64,000 nt of DNA from Acidobacteriota bacterium (GTDB lineage: Bacteria; Acidobacteriota; Thermoanaerobaculia; Multivoradales; UBA5704): NCBI GenBank assembly GCA_040005235.1, contig JBDTZG010000002.1, positions 32,001-96,000 of the forward strand, written 5' to 3'. The notes below the pieces were generated by a model. The model was given only the letters and a program-made list of their open reading frames with translations. It did no database searches and was not told the origin of the DNA. Shown here piece after piece: positions 18,362 to 27,555 of this stretch. The position numbers and the translations under genes are program-made. Positions within the stretch are counted from its first letter, which is position 1; every line of letters begins with the position of its first letter.

Positions 18362-19288
18362 CTAAGGAATCCCGTAGCGCCGCCGCCGCTCCCAGAGCGA
18401 CTTGCGCGATATGCCGAGCAGCTCGGCGGCGTAACCTTGATGTCCGCGGGCGTAGGCGAGGGCGCGGCGGATCTCTTCGATCTCGACCTCGTCCAGCCGG
18501 CGCGGGCGGTCGCCGCGAGCTCCCGGCGGAGGCTGGGGATCGAGCGGCCCGGTGCCCGGGCTCGACGCCACCAGGCTCCGTTCGAGAACGTTGCGTAGCT
18601 CGCGCAGATTGCCGGGCCAGGGGTGGGCGAGCATCCAGGCGCGCGCCCGGTCGGTGAGGCCCGGGTTGGGACGGCCGATCCGCTCGGCAAGGTCGGCGAG
18701 CAGCTCGTCGATCAGCTCGGGCAGATCGGCGCGTCGCGCGGAGAGCGGAGGAAGCCGGAAGCTCAAGACGTCGAGGCGGAAGAAGAGATCGACCCGGAAC
18801 GTGCCGCGCTCGGCGCGTTCCGCAAGATCGGGCGGGCCGGTGGCGAGGAAGCGTACGTCGGCCGCCGTATCGGTGCCCCCTAAGGGGGCGTAGCGGCTTT
18901 CCGCGAACAGGCGCAGGAGCTTGCCTTGGACGGCGATCGGCAGCCCTTCGACCCGATCGAGCAGCAGGCTGCCGCCTTGGGCCAGCTGGACCCGGCCGGC
19001 GACCGTTCGGTCGGCCCCGGTGAACGCGCCGCGGCGAACTCCAAACAGCTCGCTCTCGAAAAGTGTTGAGGGAATGCCGCCGGCATCGACTTCGATCAGC
19101 GGGCCGCGCGAGCGCCCGCTCGCCGCGTGGAGCGCCCGGGCGAGGTGGGTTCGGCCGGTGCCCGCCTCGCCCAGGACGAGGATCGGCGCCTCCGAGCGGG
19201 CGGCTCGATCGGCACCGGCGAGATGAAGGGACAGGTCGGGGTAGAGGAGAAGACGAGCGAGGGCGAGCGGCGAGCCCGCGGCGTTCAC
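18362..19288 (-). CDS. Sigma-54 interaction (AAA+) Fis-HTH regulator lacking an input domain
   Basis: ESELFG, GAFTGA, FRVDLFFRL, WPGNLRELRN, C-terminal AAELLGISRKSLW. Confidence 0.9.
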   Translation of the reverse strand: MNAAGSPLALARLLLYPDLSLHLAGADRAARSEAPILVLGEAGTGRTHLARALHAASGRSRGPLIEVDAGGIPSTLFESELFGVRRGAFTGADRTVAGRVQLAQGGSLLLDRVEGLPIAVQGKLLRLFAESRYAPLGGTDTAADVRFLATGPPDLAERAERGTFRVDLFFRLDVLSFRLPPLSARRADLPELIDELLADLAERIGRPNPGLTDRARAWMLAHPWPGNLRELRNVLERSLVASSPGTGPLDPQPPPGARGDRPRRLDEVEIEEIRRALAYARGHQGYAAELLGISRKSLWERRRRYGIP

Positions 19289-19731
19289 GGCGTTTTGATC
19301 TCGGTCTCGGCGCCTGCGATTTCGGTTCCGTCAGCCTCTGCAGGCGGAGTGCGGAACGAGGCGGTGACGTCGGGGGCGTCGGACCAAAGGCGCTCCAAGG
19401 CGTAGTAGTGGCGCGGCTCGTCGAGGAAGGCGTGGACGATCAGGTCGCCGTAATCGAGCAGCACCCACTGGCCGCGCTGAAGACCTTCGATGTGGAGCGG
19501 CCGGACTCCGGCGCTCCGGAGGTCCATTTCGACCGCGTCGGCGATCGCCTGCACCTGGCGCTCGTTGGTGCCGCCGCAGACCACGAAGTACTCGGTGAAG
19601 TCGGAGACCTTGCCCAGATGGAGCACGCGCAGATCGACGGCCTGGCGCCCATCGGCGGCGGCAACGGCGGTACGCACTCGATCCAGGGTGGAGAGAACGG
19701 GGTGGGGAGCAGTCTTTGTTTCAGTCGTCAT
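19285..19731 (-). CDS. rsfS: Ribosome silencing factor
   Basis: FTEYFVVCGG, RQVQAIAD, WVLLDYGDLIVH, YYALERLW; ATGA overlap with nadD. Confidence 0.93.
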   Translation of the reverse strand: MTTETKTAPHPVLSTLDRVRTAVAAADGRQAVDLRVLHLGKVSDFTEYFVVCGGTNERQVQAIADAVEMDLRSAGVRPLHIEGLQRGQWVLLDYGDLIVHAFLDEPRHYYALERLWSDAPDVTASFRTPPAEADGTEIAGAETEIKTP

Positions 19732-20330
19732 CGATAGAGGCGATACTTGTGGATGTAGTCTAACACCAAGGGGGGAAGAGCGGAGGTTAGCGGTTCCTCC
19801 CCCCGGCCGAGCCGCTCGCGCAACTCGGTCGAGGAGAGATCGATCGTACGGTCCGCCAGGACCATCGCCTGCCCCGAACGGAGCAGGTCGGCGAGCGCCG
19901 GGGAGAGCGCCTCGGGCGCCAGATCGGAGCCGGGCCGCGCCAGGACGATCAGGCGGGCCGCGTCGGCGATCTCCTTCCAGCGCCACCAGGCTTCCAGCTC
20001 CAGGAACGAATCGCCCCCGATCAGCAGATGAAGCTCGGCGTCGGGGTAGGCCCGACGGAAATGCTCCAGCGAGTCGATGGTGTAGGCCGGCCGGCCGAAG
20101 GTCAGCTCGAAAGGCGAGGCATAGAGCCCCTCTTCGGACAGCAGAGCCAGCTCGACCATCGCGTAACGGGCGAGCGCGGGGGCGAGTTGGCGGCCCGGCT
20201 TGTGCGGCGGTTGGGCGGTCGGAAGATAGATCACCCGTTCGAGGCCGAGCGCCTGCCGCGCCGCGCGGACGGTTTCGACGTGGCCGGCGTGGATCGGATC
20301 GAAGCTGCCGCCGAACAGGCCGATCTTCAT
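19728..20330 (-). CDS. nadD: Nicotinate-nucleotide adenylyltransferase
   Basis: GLFGGSFDPIHAGH, PPHK, YTIDSL, IGGDS, LSSTELR. Confidence 0.95.
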   Translation of the reverse strand: MKIGLFGGSFDPIHAGHVETVRAARQALGLERVIYLPTAQPPHKPGRQLAPALARYAMVELALLSEEGLYASPFELTFGRPAYTIDSLEHFRRAYPDAELHLLIGGDSFLELEAWWRWKEIADAARLIVLARPGSDLAPEALSPALADLLRSGQAMVLADRTIDLSSTELRERLGRGEEPLTSALPPLVLDYIHKYRLYR

Positions 20331-20333
20331 GGC

Positions 20334-21413
20334 TCAGTCTTCATGGATCAACTTCGGCTCCGAGCCCTCGTATTCCGGATGGCCCCCGGCGGGTCTCGCG
20401 GCGACCGGTTCGCGGACCTTGGTTTCGGAGAGGTGCTTGGCGAGCCTCTGGATCAACGGCCGGATGCCCGCCCCGGTGGCCGAGCTGATTTCGAAGTAAG
20501 GAATGCCCCGTTCGGCGGCCGCGGCTTCGAGCTCGGCGCGCCGCTCTGGAAGTCCTGAGTCCGCCTTGCTGCCGATCAGGAAGCGCGGGCGTGCCAGAAG
20601 CTCGGGGTTGAACGCCTCCAGCTCGCGCTCGACGACGTCGAGATCCGAGAGGGCGCTCCCTTCGGTCGACAGGTCGACCAGGTGGACGAGCGCACGGCAT
20701 CGATCGACGTGGCGGAGGAACTGGAGACCCAGACCCGCCCCTTCCGAAGCGCCCGCGATCAGTCCGGGCAGGTCGGCGATCACGAACGGTTCGGTTTCGA
20801 GGCCGAGGGCGACGACGCCGAGCTGAGGGGCCAGGGTGGTAAACGGATAGTCGGCGATCTTCGGGCGCGCCGCGGAGATCACGCTGATCAGGGTCGATTT
20901 CCCGGCGTTCGGCAGCCCGACCACCCCCGCGTCCGCGAGCAGCTTGAGCTCCAGGCGCAGGCGGAGATCTGCCCCTTCGGTGCCCGGGTCCGCCCGGCGC
21001 GGGGCCTGGTCGGTCGCGGTCGCGAAGCGCGCGTTGCCTTTGCCGCCCCGTCCGCCCGCCGCCACCCGCAGACGCTCGCCGTGGCGCAGCACCTCGCCCA
21101 CCAGCTCGCCGGTTTCACGGTCGTAGACTTGGGTGCCGAGGGGAACCTCGATCTCCAAATCGCCGCCGGTCTTGCCGGTTTTGTTCTGCCCTTCGCCGTG
21201 GCGACCGCGCTGGGCCGCGAACTGCGCGACGAAGCTCAGATGGAAAAGGGTGTTCTTCGCCTCGTCGCCGACCAGGAAGACCGAGCCGCCATGACCGCCG
21301 TCGCCGCCGGACGGGCCGCCCTTCGGGACGAATTTCTCCCGCCGGAAGGCCAGACAGCCATTCCCGCCGCGTCCGCCAAGGACGTGGATCGAGCACTCGT
21401 CGACGAAGATCAA
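20334..21413 (-). CDS. obgE: GTPase ObgE/CgtA
   Basis: FRREKFVPKGGPSGGDGG, GLPNAGKS, YPFTTL, DLPGLI. Confidence 0.97.
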   Translation of the reverse strand: MIFVDECSIHVLGGRGGNGCLAFRREKFVPKGGPSGGDGGHGGSVFLVGDEAKNTLFHLSFVAQFAAQRGRHGEGQNKTGKTGGDLEIEVPLGTQVYDRETGELVGEVLRHGERLRVAAGGRGGKGNARFATATDQAPRRADPGTEGADLRLRLELKLLADAGVVGLPNAGKSTLISVISAARPKIADYPFTTLAPQLGVVALGLETEPFVIADLPGLIAGASEGAGLGLQFLRHVDRCRALVHLVDLSTEGSALSDLDVVERELEAFNPELLARPRFLIGSKADSGLPERRAELEAAAAERGIPYFEISSATGAGIRPLIQRLAKHLSETKVREPVAARPAGGHPEYEGSEPKLIHED

Positions 21414-21510
21414 GGTGGGTTTCTAGGGTCGAGCGGAAGGTTACCGTTGGCGACCAGGGCGCGGCGGGCTTGGGGCCGATGCCCCGAGCCGCGCCGAATC
21501 ATGGTTCTAA

Positions 21511-21810
21511 CTACTCGCCGGGGGCGCCGGGGGCGTTTTCGGCAACTGCGGCGGGAAGGGCGGGAACAACGTGGACGAACCGGCCGTGCCGACCCCGGTC
21601 CTGAAACTTGACCACGCCGCCGATCTTGGCGAACAGCGTATCGTCCTTGCCGCGGCCGACGTTGGTGCCGGGAAAGAACTTGGTTCCCCGCTGGCGGACG
21701 ATGATCGAGCCGCCGGTCACCTGCTCGCCGCCGAAGCGCTTGATTCCCAGGTACTGGGGGTTCGAGTCGCGGCCGTTGCGAGTCGAGCCCTGTCCTTTTT
21801 TATGCGCCAT
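21511..21810 (-). CDS. rpmA: 50S ribosomal protein L27
   Basis: [16 protein letters not shown]. Confidence 0.98.
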   Translation of the reverse strand: MAHKKGQGSTRNGRDSNPQYLGIKRFGGEQVTGGSIIVRQRGTKFFPGTNVGRGKDDTLFAKIGGVVKFQDRGRHGRFVHVVPALPAAVAENAPGAPGE

Positions 21811-21839
21811 GACACCTTCTCCTGTGCTGCGACTTAGGT

Positions 21840-22160
21840 CTAGCTGTTGTCCGGCAGGTCGATGCCGTCGATGCGAATGCGCAACAGGTTCTGGCGGTGA
21901 CCGTTGGTCCGCCGATACCCCTTGCGCCGCTTCGACTTGAAAACCCGGATCTTCGGTCCCCGGATCTGGCCGAGGAGAGAGGCACGAACCTTGGCTCCGA
22001 CGACGGTCGGCTGTCCCATCTGGACGCCGGCATCACCCGAGATCATCAAAACCCGATCGAGCTCAAGGGTATCGCCCTCGGCTCCGGTCAATTCGACTTC
22101 AACGACGTCGCCCGGGGCGACTCGGTACTGCTTACCACCGCTTTCGATCACCGCATACAT
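21840..22160 (-). CDS. rplU: 50S ribosomal protein L21
   Basis: [14 protein letters not shown]...GHRQ. Confidence 0.98.
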   Translation of the reverse strand: MYAVIESGGKQYRVAPGDVVEVELTGAEGDTLELDRVLMISGDAGVQMGQPTVVGAKVRASLLGQIRGPKIRVFKSKRRKGYRRTNGHRQNLLRIRIDGIDLPDNS

Positions 22161-22195
22161 AGTAGGAAACTCCCTTTGCGTCTCGGGGGACGCGC

Positions 22196-22726
22196 GTGGA
22201 CGGCGGAACGTATCACGGGGTGTCGAGAACGGTCAACGGCAAGTTGACCGGCTGGGGCAGGGTCAGCCTGGACCGGCTCACCGATCCTGCCGTATCCCGC
22301 TTCTGGTACGACACCCCTGGGGGCGCGCTCGGCACCGCCGACTTCCGGACCTTCACGCTTACCGTCGGCGACCCGACGAAAGACGTCTTGATCGCTCTTG
22401 CCTGGACCGATCCCCCCTCGATCTGCGGCAACTCCCAAACCCCGCTGGTGAACGACCTGCAGCTGGAGGTGAAGGAGGTGGGGACCGCCCTCACCTGGCG
22501 AGGCAACAACTTCCAGAAGAATCGCGGCGGCGGCGATACCGGCTACTCGTATCGCTACACCGCCGCCAACCAGGCGCGCCTGACCGATAAGATCAACACC
22601 GTCGAAGCCGTGTTCATCCCCCCGAGCCAGCTGCGCGCGGGCCAGCGGCTTCAGATCACGGTGACCGGTGTAGCGGTGCCCAACCCGCGGCAGCGTTTCT
22701 CGCTGTATGCCTACAACTTGCGCTGA
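22196..22726 (+). pseudogene. C-terminal fragment of a subtilisin (S8, KP-43-like) protease
   Basis: GWGRV, LAWTDPP, LVNDLQLEV, WRGNNF, NTVEAVF, QRFSL; no catalytic domain; in-frame stop at 22163. Confidence 0.65.
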
Positions 22727-22752
22727 ACAGCGCGATCGAAAGGCGGTTGGCG

Positions 22753-23277
22753 ATGAAAACTCTCTGGATCTCAATTCTCTTCGTCCTGGGACTGGCCGAG
22801 TGTAGCCTGGCGCAGGACCGGTACCGGGTGCTGGTTCGAATGAACCTGCGGGTCACGGTGCATTTTGTCGGAGTCCCTGATGCTCCGAGCTACTGGGAGG
22901 GACACCGCCTCTATGCGCGAGGCGGCTACCTAACGGAAACTCTTGTCCAGCGGAACGCACAAGGGCTTAACAACTCTTTCCTTCGCGGCGCCCCTGGCCC
23001 CGTCTTCCTCACCGAGCTACGGCGTGTGCTCAACGTGAACCGAATCGGAGTTCAGAAGAGTTGTTGGACTGATCGCGACCCGCGCTTTGCCGGCGAAGAA
23101 GAGGTCGTCTGGAATGGCCGCGGTGGCCGCGAGAACCGATTCGTCGTCACGTTCGCCCGGGAGCCTGTTGCCGGACTGCCAAAGTGCTCTGCCGAGACCG
23201 AGAACATTCTCAATGCCCTAGACTTCTACGAAGAACTGACCCAAGAAAGGGGCGAGTCGATCGTTTACTCGGATTGA
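22753..23277 (+). CDS. Hypothetical secreted protein
   Basis: Signal-peptide-like MKTLWISILFVLGLAECSLA-Q. Confidence 0.65.
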   Translation: MKTLWISILFVLGLAECSLAQDRYRVLVRMNLRVTVHFVGVPDAPSYWEGHRLYARGGYLTETLVQRNAQGLNNSFLRGAPGPVFLTELRRVLNVNRIGVQKSCWTDRDPRFAGEEEVVWNGRGGRENRFVVTFAREPVAGLPKCSAETENILNALDFYEELTQERGESIVYSD

Positions 23278-23367
23278 GCCGGCACCCGCCAACGGCTGGC
23301 GCTCCGCACCGCGTGCCTTGAAGCCGGTGTCGACCGCCCGGCCCGGCGTGACCAGCGACCCGAACGA

Positions 23368-23407
23368 GAAAACAACGGCCGGGAGAGGATTGCCCCCTCT
23401 CCCGGCC
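23368..23407 (-). terminator. Intrinsic terminator for the 23420-23812 gene
   Basis: 12-bp stem GGCCGGGAGAGG / CCTCTCCCGGCC followed by GTTGTTTT on the minus strand. Confidence 0.7.
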
Positions 23408-23419
23408 TCGAACGCCGGA

Positions 23420-23812
23420 TCAGGCTTCGGCGCTCACGGACTGCCCTTCACTCGCCTTGGCTTCCGCCGGTGCTTTGGCCTTGGCCGACGGCGCCCTCTT
23501 GCGGAAGTCCTGGGGCCGGATGCCGAGCTTCAGCAGCTCCGGGTTCTTGAGTCCCAGATGGGCCTGAAGGTGGGCTTTCAAGCGGAGTGCGTCCTCGCCA
23601 ACCTTGCGGGCCAGTTCCTGCCGGCGTTTGGCCAAAGCGTGCGCCTCGCCTTCGAGATCCTGGATCCGATTCGCCATGCCGCTGAGCTCGGCGGCTGCAA
23701 CCTTGAGCCCAGCATGGAGCTCCTGGGCCGCCGGCACCGAGCCGAGCAACGGCTCCGAGTTGGCGACCAGGGTGGACCACCGCTGCGTCTTTTCCGCGTA
23801 CGAATTGGGCAT
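23420..23812 (-). CDS. Small coiled-coil hypothetical protein with basic C-terminal tail
   Basis: Strong AAGGAGG RBS before ATG 23812; MPNSYAEKTQRW...NPELLKLGIRP; terminator downstream. Confidence 0.8.
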   Translation of the reverse strand: MPNSYAEKTQRWSTLVANSEPLLGSVPAAQELHAGLKVAAAELSGMANRIQDLEGEAHALAKRRQELARKVGEDALRLKAHLQAHLGLKNPELLKLGIRPQDFRKRAPSAKAKAPAEAKASEGQSVSAEA

Positions 23813-23885
23813 GATGCCCTCCTTTGTTGAACGTGCAGCCCGAAATGGACTCGCACAACTGAAACCGTTCTTCACCGAAATGACT

Positions 23886-24095
23886 CTTCCCTCCGGCGGG
23901 ATCGCCCTTCCCTCCAGCGGGATCGCTCTTCCCTCCAGCGGGATCGCTCTTCCCTCCAGCGGGATCGCACTTCCCTCCAGCGGGATCGCTCTTCCCTCCA
24001 GCGGGATCGCTCTACCCTCCAGCGGGATCGCTCTACCCTCCGGCGGGATCGCCCTTCCCTCCGGCGGGATTGGTCTTCCCTCCCGCGGAATCGCT
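23886..24095. repeat. Tandem array of 10 x 21-bp units (CTTCCCTCCAGCGGGATCGCT)
   Basis: Counted directly; central units nearly identical. Confidence 0.97.
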
Positions 24096-24521
24096 CTTTC
24101 ATCCCCCTTCCTTCTTGCTTCCGGGTCGGGTTCCTTCCGACGCCGGAGACCCTAGCAAACGGCCCGCGCGCTTCCGGGCCTGGGCCACTTTGGTAAGATC
24201 TAGAGTTACACCTAGAGGGTATCCCTCACTCTGTGGGGGTGTTCCGCTGGTGCGGCCTCCTACCCGAGGTGGAATTCCCCCACGCCGCAACGATCCAGAG
24301 CGGTTTCCGAGAAATCGAGCAAAAAGGGGTTTCGGGCGAAGATTTCTACCTGAGGGCCGTCGAAGTCCGAGAATGCGCCCTCGCGAGTGGGGATGCGAGG
24401 GTCCCGGATTGAGGCAGCGAAAGCCGGAAATTTCCGGTCAAACCATCATGAATGATGTCGGCCCGGGGCTTCTAACCAGCGACGAGGAGTTCTTTCGGCA
24501 ACAAGCGAGATTGCGTTCCCC

Positions 24522-24995
24522 TTAGCTTCGGTCTCTCGTCCTTGGCTTCTTGACAGGAGCTTTCCCACGCCTTCTCTTCGGCAGGAGGAGCTGCGGCGGC
24601 GGGCCGAGGAGGTCTTCGATTTTCGAGAGATCGCGATCGAGATCCCTGATCAACTCGGTGGCAACCTGAATCAACCGCTTCCGATCCAAAATGGAGTCAT
24701 TCTCTTCGAGGTTCGACACGGCCTCGTTGAGCCCTTCCCGCGAGTGGCGAAGATCCGCAACTAACGCTCGGAGATGCACTTTCGGCCAGGGCTCCCCGTC
24801 GTCGCCGCCTTCTTTCTCCAGTTCCAGCAATCGATCGGCAACGGCCTCGGTCAGTACGGCCAGCTTCGCGCGAAGCTCCGGATCGGCGAAGTGGCACAAC
24901 ACCGCTTCGCGAAACGGCGCCAGCTCGCGCCAGCGGCTTCCTTTCACCACCTCCAGATCGAGGACCACCTGGAACTTGACGACTTCGGGCTTCAT
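24522..24995 (-). CDS. Hypothetical helical protein
   Basis: 157-aa ORF, third gene of an ATGA-coupled trio. Confidence 0.65.
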   Translation of the reverse strand: MKPEVVKFQVVLDLEVVKGSRWRELAPFREAVLCHFADPELRAKLAVLTEAVADRLLELEKEGGDDGEPWPKVHLRALVADLRHSREGLNEAVSNLEENDSILDRKRLIQVATELIRDLDRDLSKIEDLLGPPPQLLLPKRRRGKAPVKKPRTRDRS

Positions 24996-25372
24996 GAGGA
25001 TCGACGACTCCTTTGCGCCATTCGATGGCGGCGCTGCTCATGTACGAGGCAGAAAAATGCGCCAGGGTTCGCGGCGCCTTGTCTCATCAACGCGGCGAAA
25101 ATCCGAAGCTTCGCTTGCGAGCCTGGCGGTGGCCCGTTCTTCAACAGTTCGAGCAGCCGGTCGGCCAGATCGGGAAGCAATCTGCCTCGTCCTTGCAGGA
25201 GAAGGATGGCCCCCAGCTCGAAGTAGGCGTCGGTGGCGAGAAAGGCCTCGCCGGTCGCGCCCCAATTTGCCGCGGACCGACCGAAGAGCCTCGCGGCGTC
25301 TTCCAGCCGGCCTTGATCGCGCGCCGCCTCGGCGCGGGCGAAGGTTTCCTCGGCATCCTGGGGGGACTTCAT
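24992..25372 (-). CDS. Small TPR-like protein
   Basis: MKSPQDAEETFARAEAARDQGRLEDAARLF...; ATGA overlaps at both ends. Confidence 0.7.
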   Translation of the reverse strand: MKSPQDAEETFARAEAARDQGRLEDAARLFGRSAANWGATGEAFLATDAYFELGAILLLQGRGRLLPDLADRLLELLKNGPPPGSQAKLRIFAALMRQGAANPGAFFCLVHEQRRHRMAQRSRRSS

Positions 25373-25836
25373 GCCGAGCGCTCCAAGCCCTTCCGATGGG
25401 CGCGCACGTCCGCGAGCAGCTCCCACAGGAAGTGCGAATCCGGCGGGGTGATGTCGATCAAGACCAGAATGTCGAGAAAGAGGTCGGCCACGTCGGGCGC
25501 GACGGTAAGAGCGCTCGGCCGATCGACGATCCAGTCCGGCAGGTCGAAACCTTCCAGGCGATAGACCGCGGCGAGCGCGAGGGTGGCCAAACCTTCGAGC
25601 CAGGGCAGTCCGGAATTGCCGAAACCGTGAGCCGCGATGAGGAATGCTTCCTCCGCCCGGGCCAGGTCCCCCGTCACAGCGGCGCGCTCGGCAAGTTCCA
25701 TGGAGCGCCACGCAAGGCGGAAAAAGGGCGAACGCGCCGGAAGCGAGGTCGGCGCATCCGCGAGCCCCTCGGGCACGAGAGGAGGTGCGAGACGCCCGAG
25801 GGTGGATGGAGGGTCCATGTCCGACAGCCTAAGCAC
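25369..25836 (-). CDS. Small TPR-like protein
   Basis: GDLARAEEAFLIAAHGFGNSGLPWLEGLATLALAAVY; start may instead be ATG 25818. Confidence 0.65.
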   Translation of the reverse strand: MLRLSDMDPPSTLGRLAPPLVPEGLADAPTSLPARSPFFRLAWRSMELAERAAVTGDLARAEEAFLIAAHGFGNSGLPWLEGLATLALAAVYRLEGFDLPDWIVDRPSALTVAPDVADLFLDILVLIDITPPDSHFLWELLADVRAHRKGLERSA

Positions 25837-25981
25837 GGATGCGGAAGTTTCAGCCGGGGAGCTCGGTAAGGTCCTGAAATTGGCCGTGAGGATGGATATT
25901 TCCGCTTCGCGAAATCTCGCCTGCTTCTCTCTGTCGCGAATGGTGTAACCTCACTATCAAAACGCTTTCGGAGACCACCAG

Positions 25982-27451
25982 ATGCCGAAATCGAAGGACC
26001 AACTCTTCCCGCCGCTCGGCGTTGCGCTCCACTACCTGCGCACGATCGCCAAGATCTCGCGAGAAGACTTCGGGCGCCCCTTGGGCCTGCCTTCGAAGAC
26101 CATTTCGGATTACGAATCGGGACACCGAACGCTCGGACGGAAGCTGGCGGAGCAGCTGCTCTCAGCGCACGGCATCGAGCCGCAGGCGCTCGACGAGGTG
26201 CTCGCCGACATCAGCGCCCGCCGAAGCGTGATTTTTCCCGAAGGGACGTTCCCCCTGCCGCCCGAGGAGCTGCATCGGCTCGCCCGCGAGGGGCGGGAAA
26301 TCTCGCGTGCCATCGTTTCGGAGGTGGCGCGGTTGCGCCGAAGGGATCGCGCCCGGGCGGACCACGCCCTGGCGGGCGAGCTGTTCGAGCAGCTCGCGGG
26401 CTCAACACCCCACCAGCGATGGCTGTTCGTGACCCGCGCCGAGAAGTTCCGGCTCTGGGCACTGTCGGTTCGATTCGGAGAAGAGAGTACGAAGGCCGCG
26501 TCGGCCGACACCGACCGTGCGGCCGAGTACGCGACGCTCTCCCTGCGCATCGCCCGGCTCGCGCCGGCTGCGCCCAAGTTTCGTGCGCTGCTCGAAGGGC
26601 AGGCCTGGGCGTTCCTGGCGAACGGCCGGCGGGTCAAGGGATATCTGCCCAAGGCCGACCTGGGCTTCGCCCGATCGGCCCGGCTCTGGCAGGAAGGGGA
26701 GGGTGGCGATCCCGACCGGCTGCTCGATCCGACGCGACGGCTCGACCTCGAAGCTTCGCTGCGCCTGGACCAGGGCCGGCTGGACGAGGCCCTAGAGTTG
26801 CTCGACCGCGCGCTCGCCGAGGGACCGCAAGGAGTTGTGGCAGGGCGTCGACTGGTCCAGAAGGCGTTTGTGTTGGAACGGTACGGTCAACCGGAGGCGG
26901 CGCTCAGCGCATTGGACGACGCTGAAATGAGGGGCGCCGGACTCGACCCTCAGTTGGGTGCCTGGATCGTCGGCAACCGGGCCGTCAACTTTTGCCATCT
27001 CGGTCGCTTCGAAGAGGCCGCGGTCATCGTTCCCGTAGTCCGTACCCTGGCGATCGAGCTGCGTAACACGATCGACCTCGTGCGGGTGGATTGGCTGGAG
27101 GCCCGCGTCCTCGCCGGCCTCGGCCGGATCGAAGAGGCGATCCTGAAGCTCCGCTCGGTGAAGCAGGAGTTCAGCGCGCAGGGCGATTCCGTCGATACGG
27201 CGCTGGCGTCGATCGACCTCGCGGCTCTTCATCTCGATCGAGGGCAGCCGCGTTTCGCGCGGGAGTTGGCCGCCGACGTGGCGAAGCTGCTCGATGTGCA
27301 GGGGGTCCCCCGCGACCTGCTCGCCGCGCTGATCCTGTTCGTCCAGGCGCTCGAACAGGAACGGGCAACCGCGGCGGCGGCGCGCGATCTCATTCGAGCC
27401 CTCGAACGACGCCGACCGATCGAATCGACATCTTTGGCGGAAGAGAAGTGA
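25982..27451 (+). CDS. XRE-family HTH + TPR-repeat transcriptional regulator (RRNPP-like architecture)
   Basis: N-terminal LHYLR...SREDFG...TISDYESG HTH; multiple TPR helices (GRLDEALELLDRAL, GRFEEAA, GRIEEAI). Confidence 0.88.
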   Translation: MPKSKDQLFPPLGVALHYLRTIAKISREDFGRPLGLPSKTISDYESGHRTLGRKLAEQLLSAHGIEPQALDEVLADISARRSVIFPEGTFPLPPEELHRLAREGREISRAIVSEVARLRRRDRARADHALAGELFEQLAGSTPHQRWLFVTRAEKFRLWALSVRFGEESTKAASADTDRAAEYATLSLRIARLAPAAPKFRALLEGQAWAFLANGRRVKGYLPKADLGFARSARLWQEGEGGDPDRLLDPTRRLDLEASLRLDQGRLDEALELLDRALAEGPQGVVAGRRLVQKAFVLERYGQPEAALSALDDAEMRGAGLDPQLGAWIVGNRAVNFCHLGRFEEAAVIVPVVRTLAIELRNTIDLVRVDWLEARVLAGLGRIEEAILKLRSVKQEFSAQGDSVDTALASIDLAALHLDRGQPRFARELAADVAKLLDVQGVPRDLLAALILFVQALEQERATAAAARDLIRALERRRPIESTSLAEEK

Positions 27452-27482
27452 TCTCTCCATTCGGCCGGCACTCCCAAGAGCA

Positions 27483-27503
27483 CGTAGGGGCTCCGCCCCT
27501 ACG
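27483..27503. repeat. Short GTAG-type palindrome between convergent genes
   Basis: CGTAGGGGC-TCC-GCCCCTACG. Confidence 0.6.
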
Positions 27504-27555
27504 GACAGCGAGCACTTCGGATCTCGGAGTTCCGGCAGGGCAAGTTTGGCCGCGG

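Noticed and set aside
23604-24155. LPSSGIA-repeat ORF and the antisense RSRWREE ORF as real genes
   Set aside because: They follow from the stop-free 21-bp repeat; the + ORF overlaps a better-supported gene and neither has a convincing RBS
24150-24520. Possible structured ncRNA in the intergenic region
   Set aside because: No recognisable family motif or convincing extended pairing by eye; would need Infernal or RNA-seq
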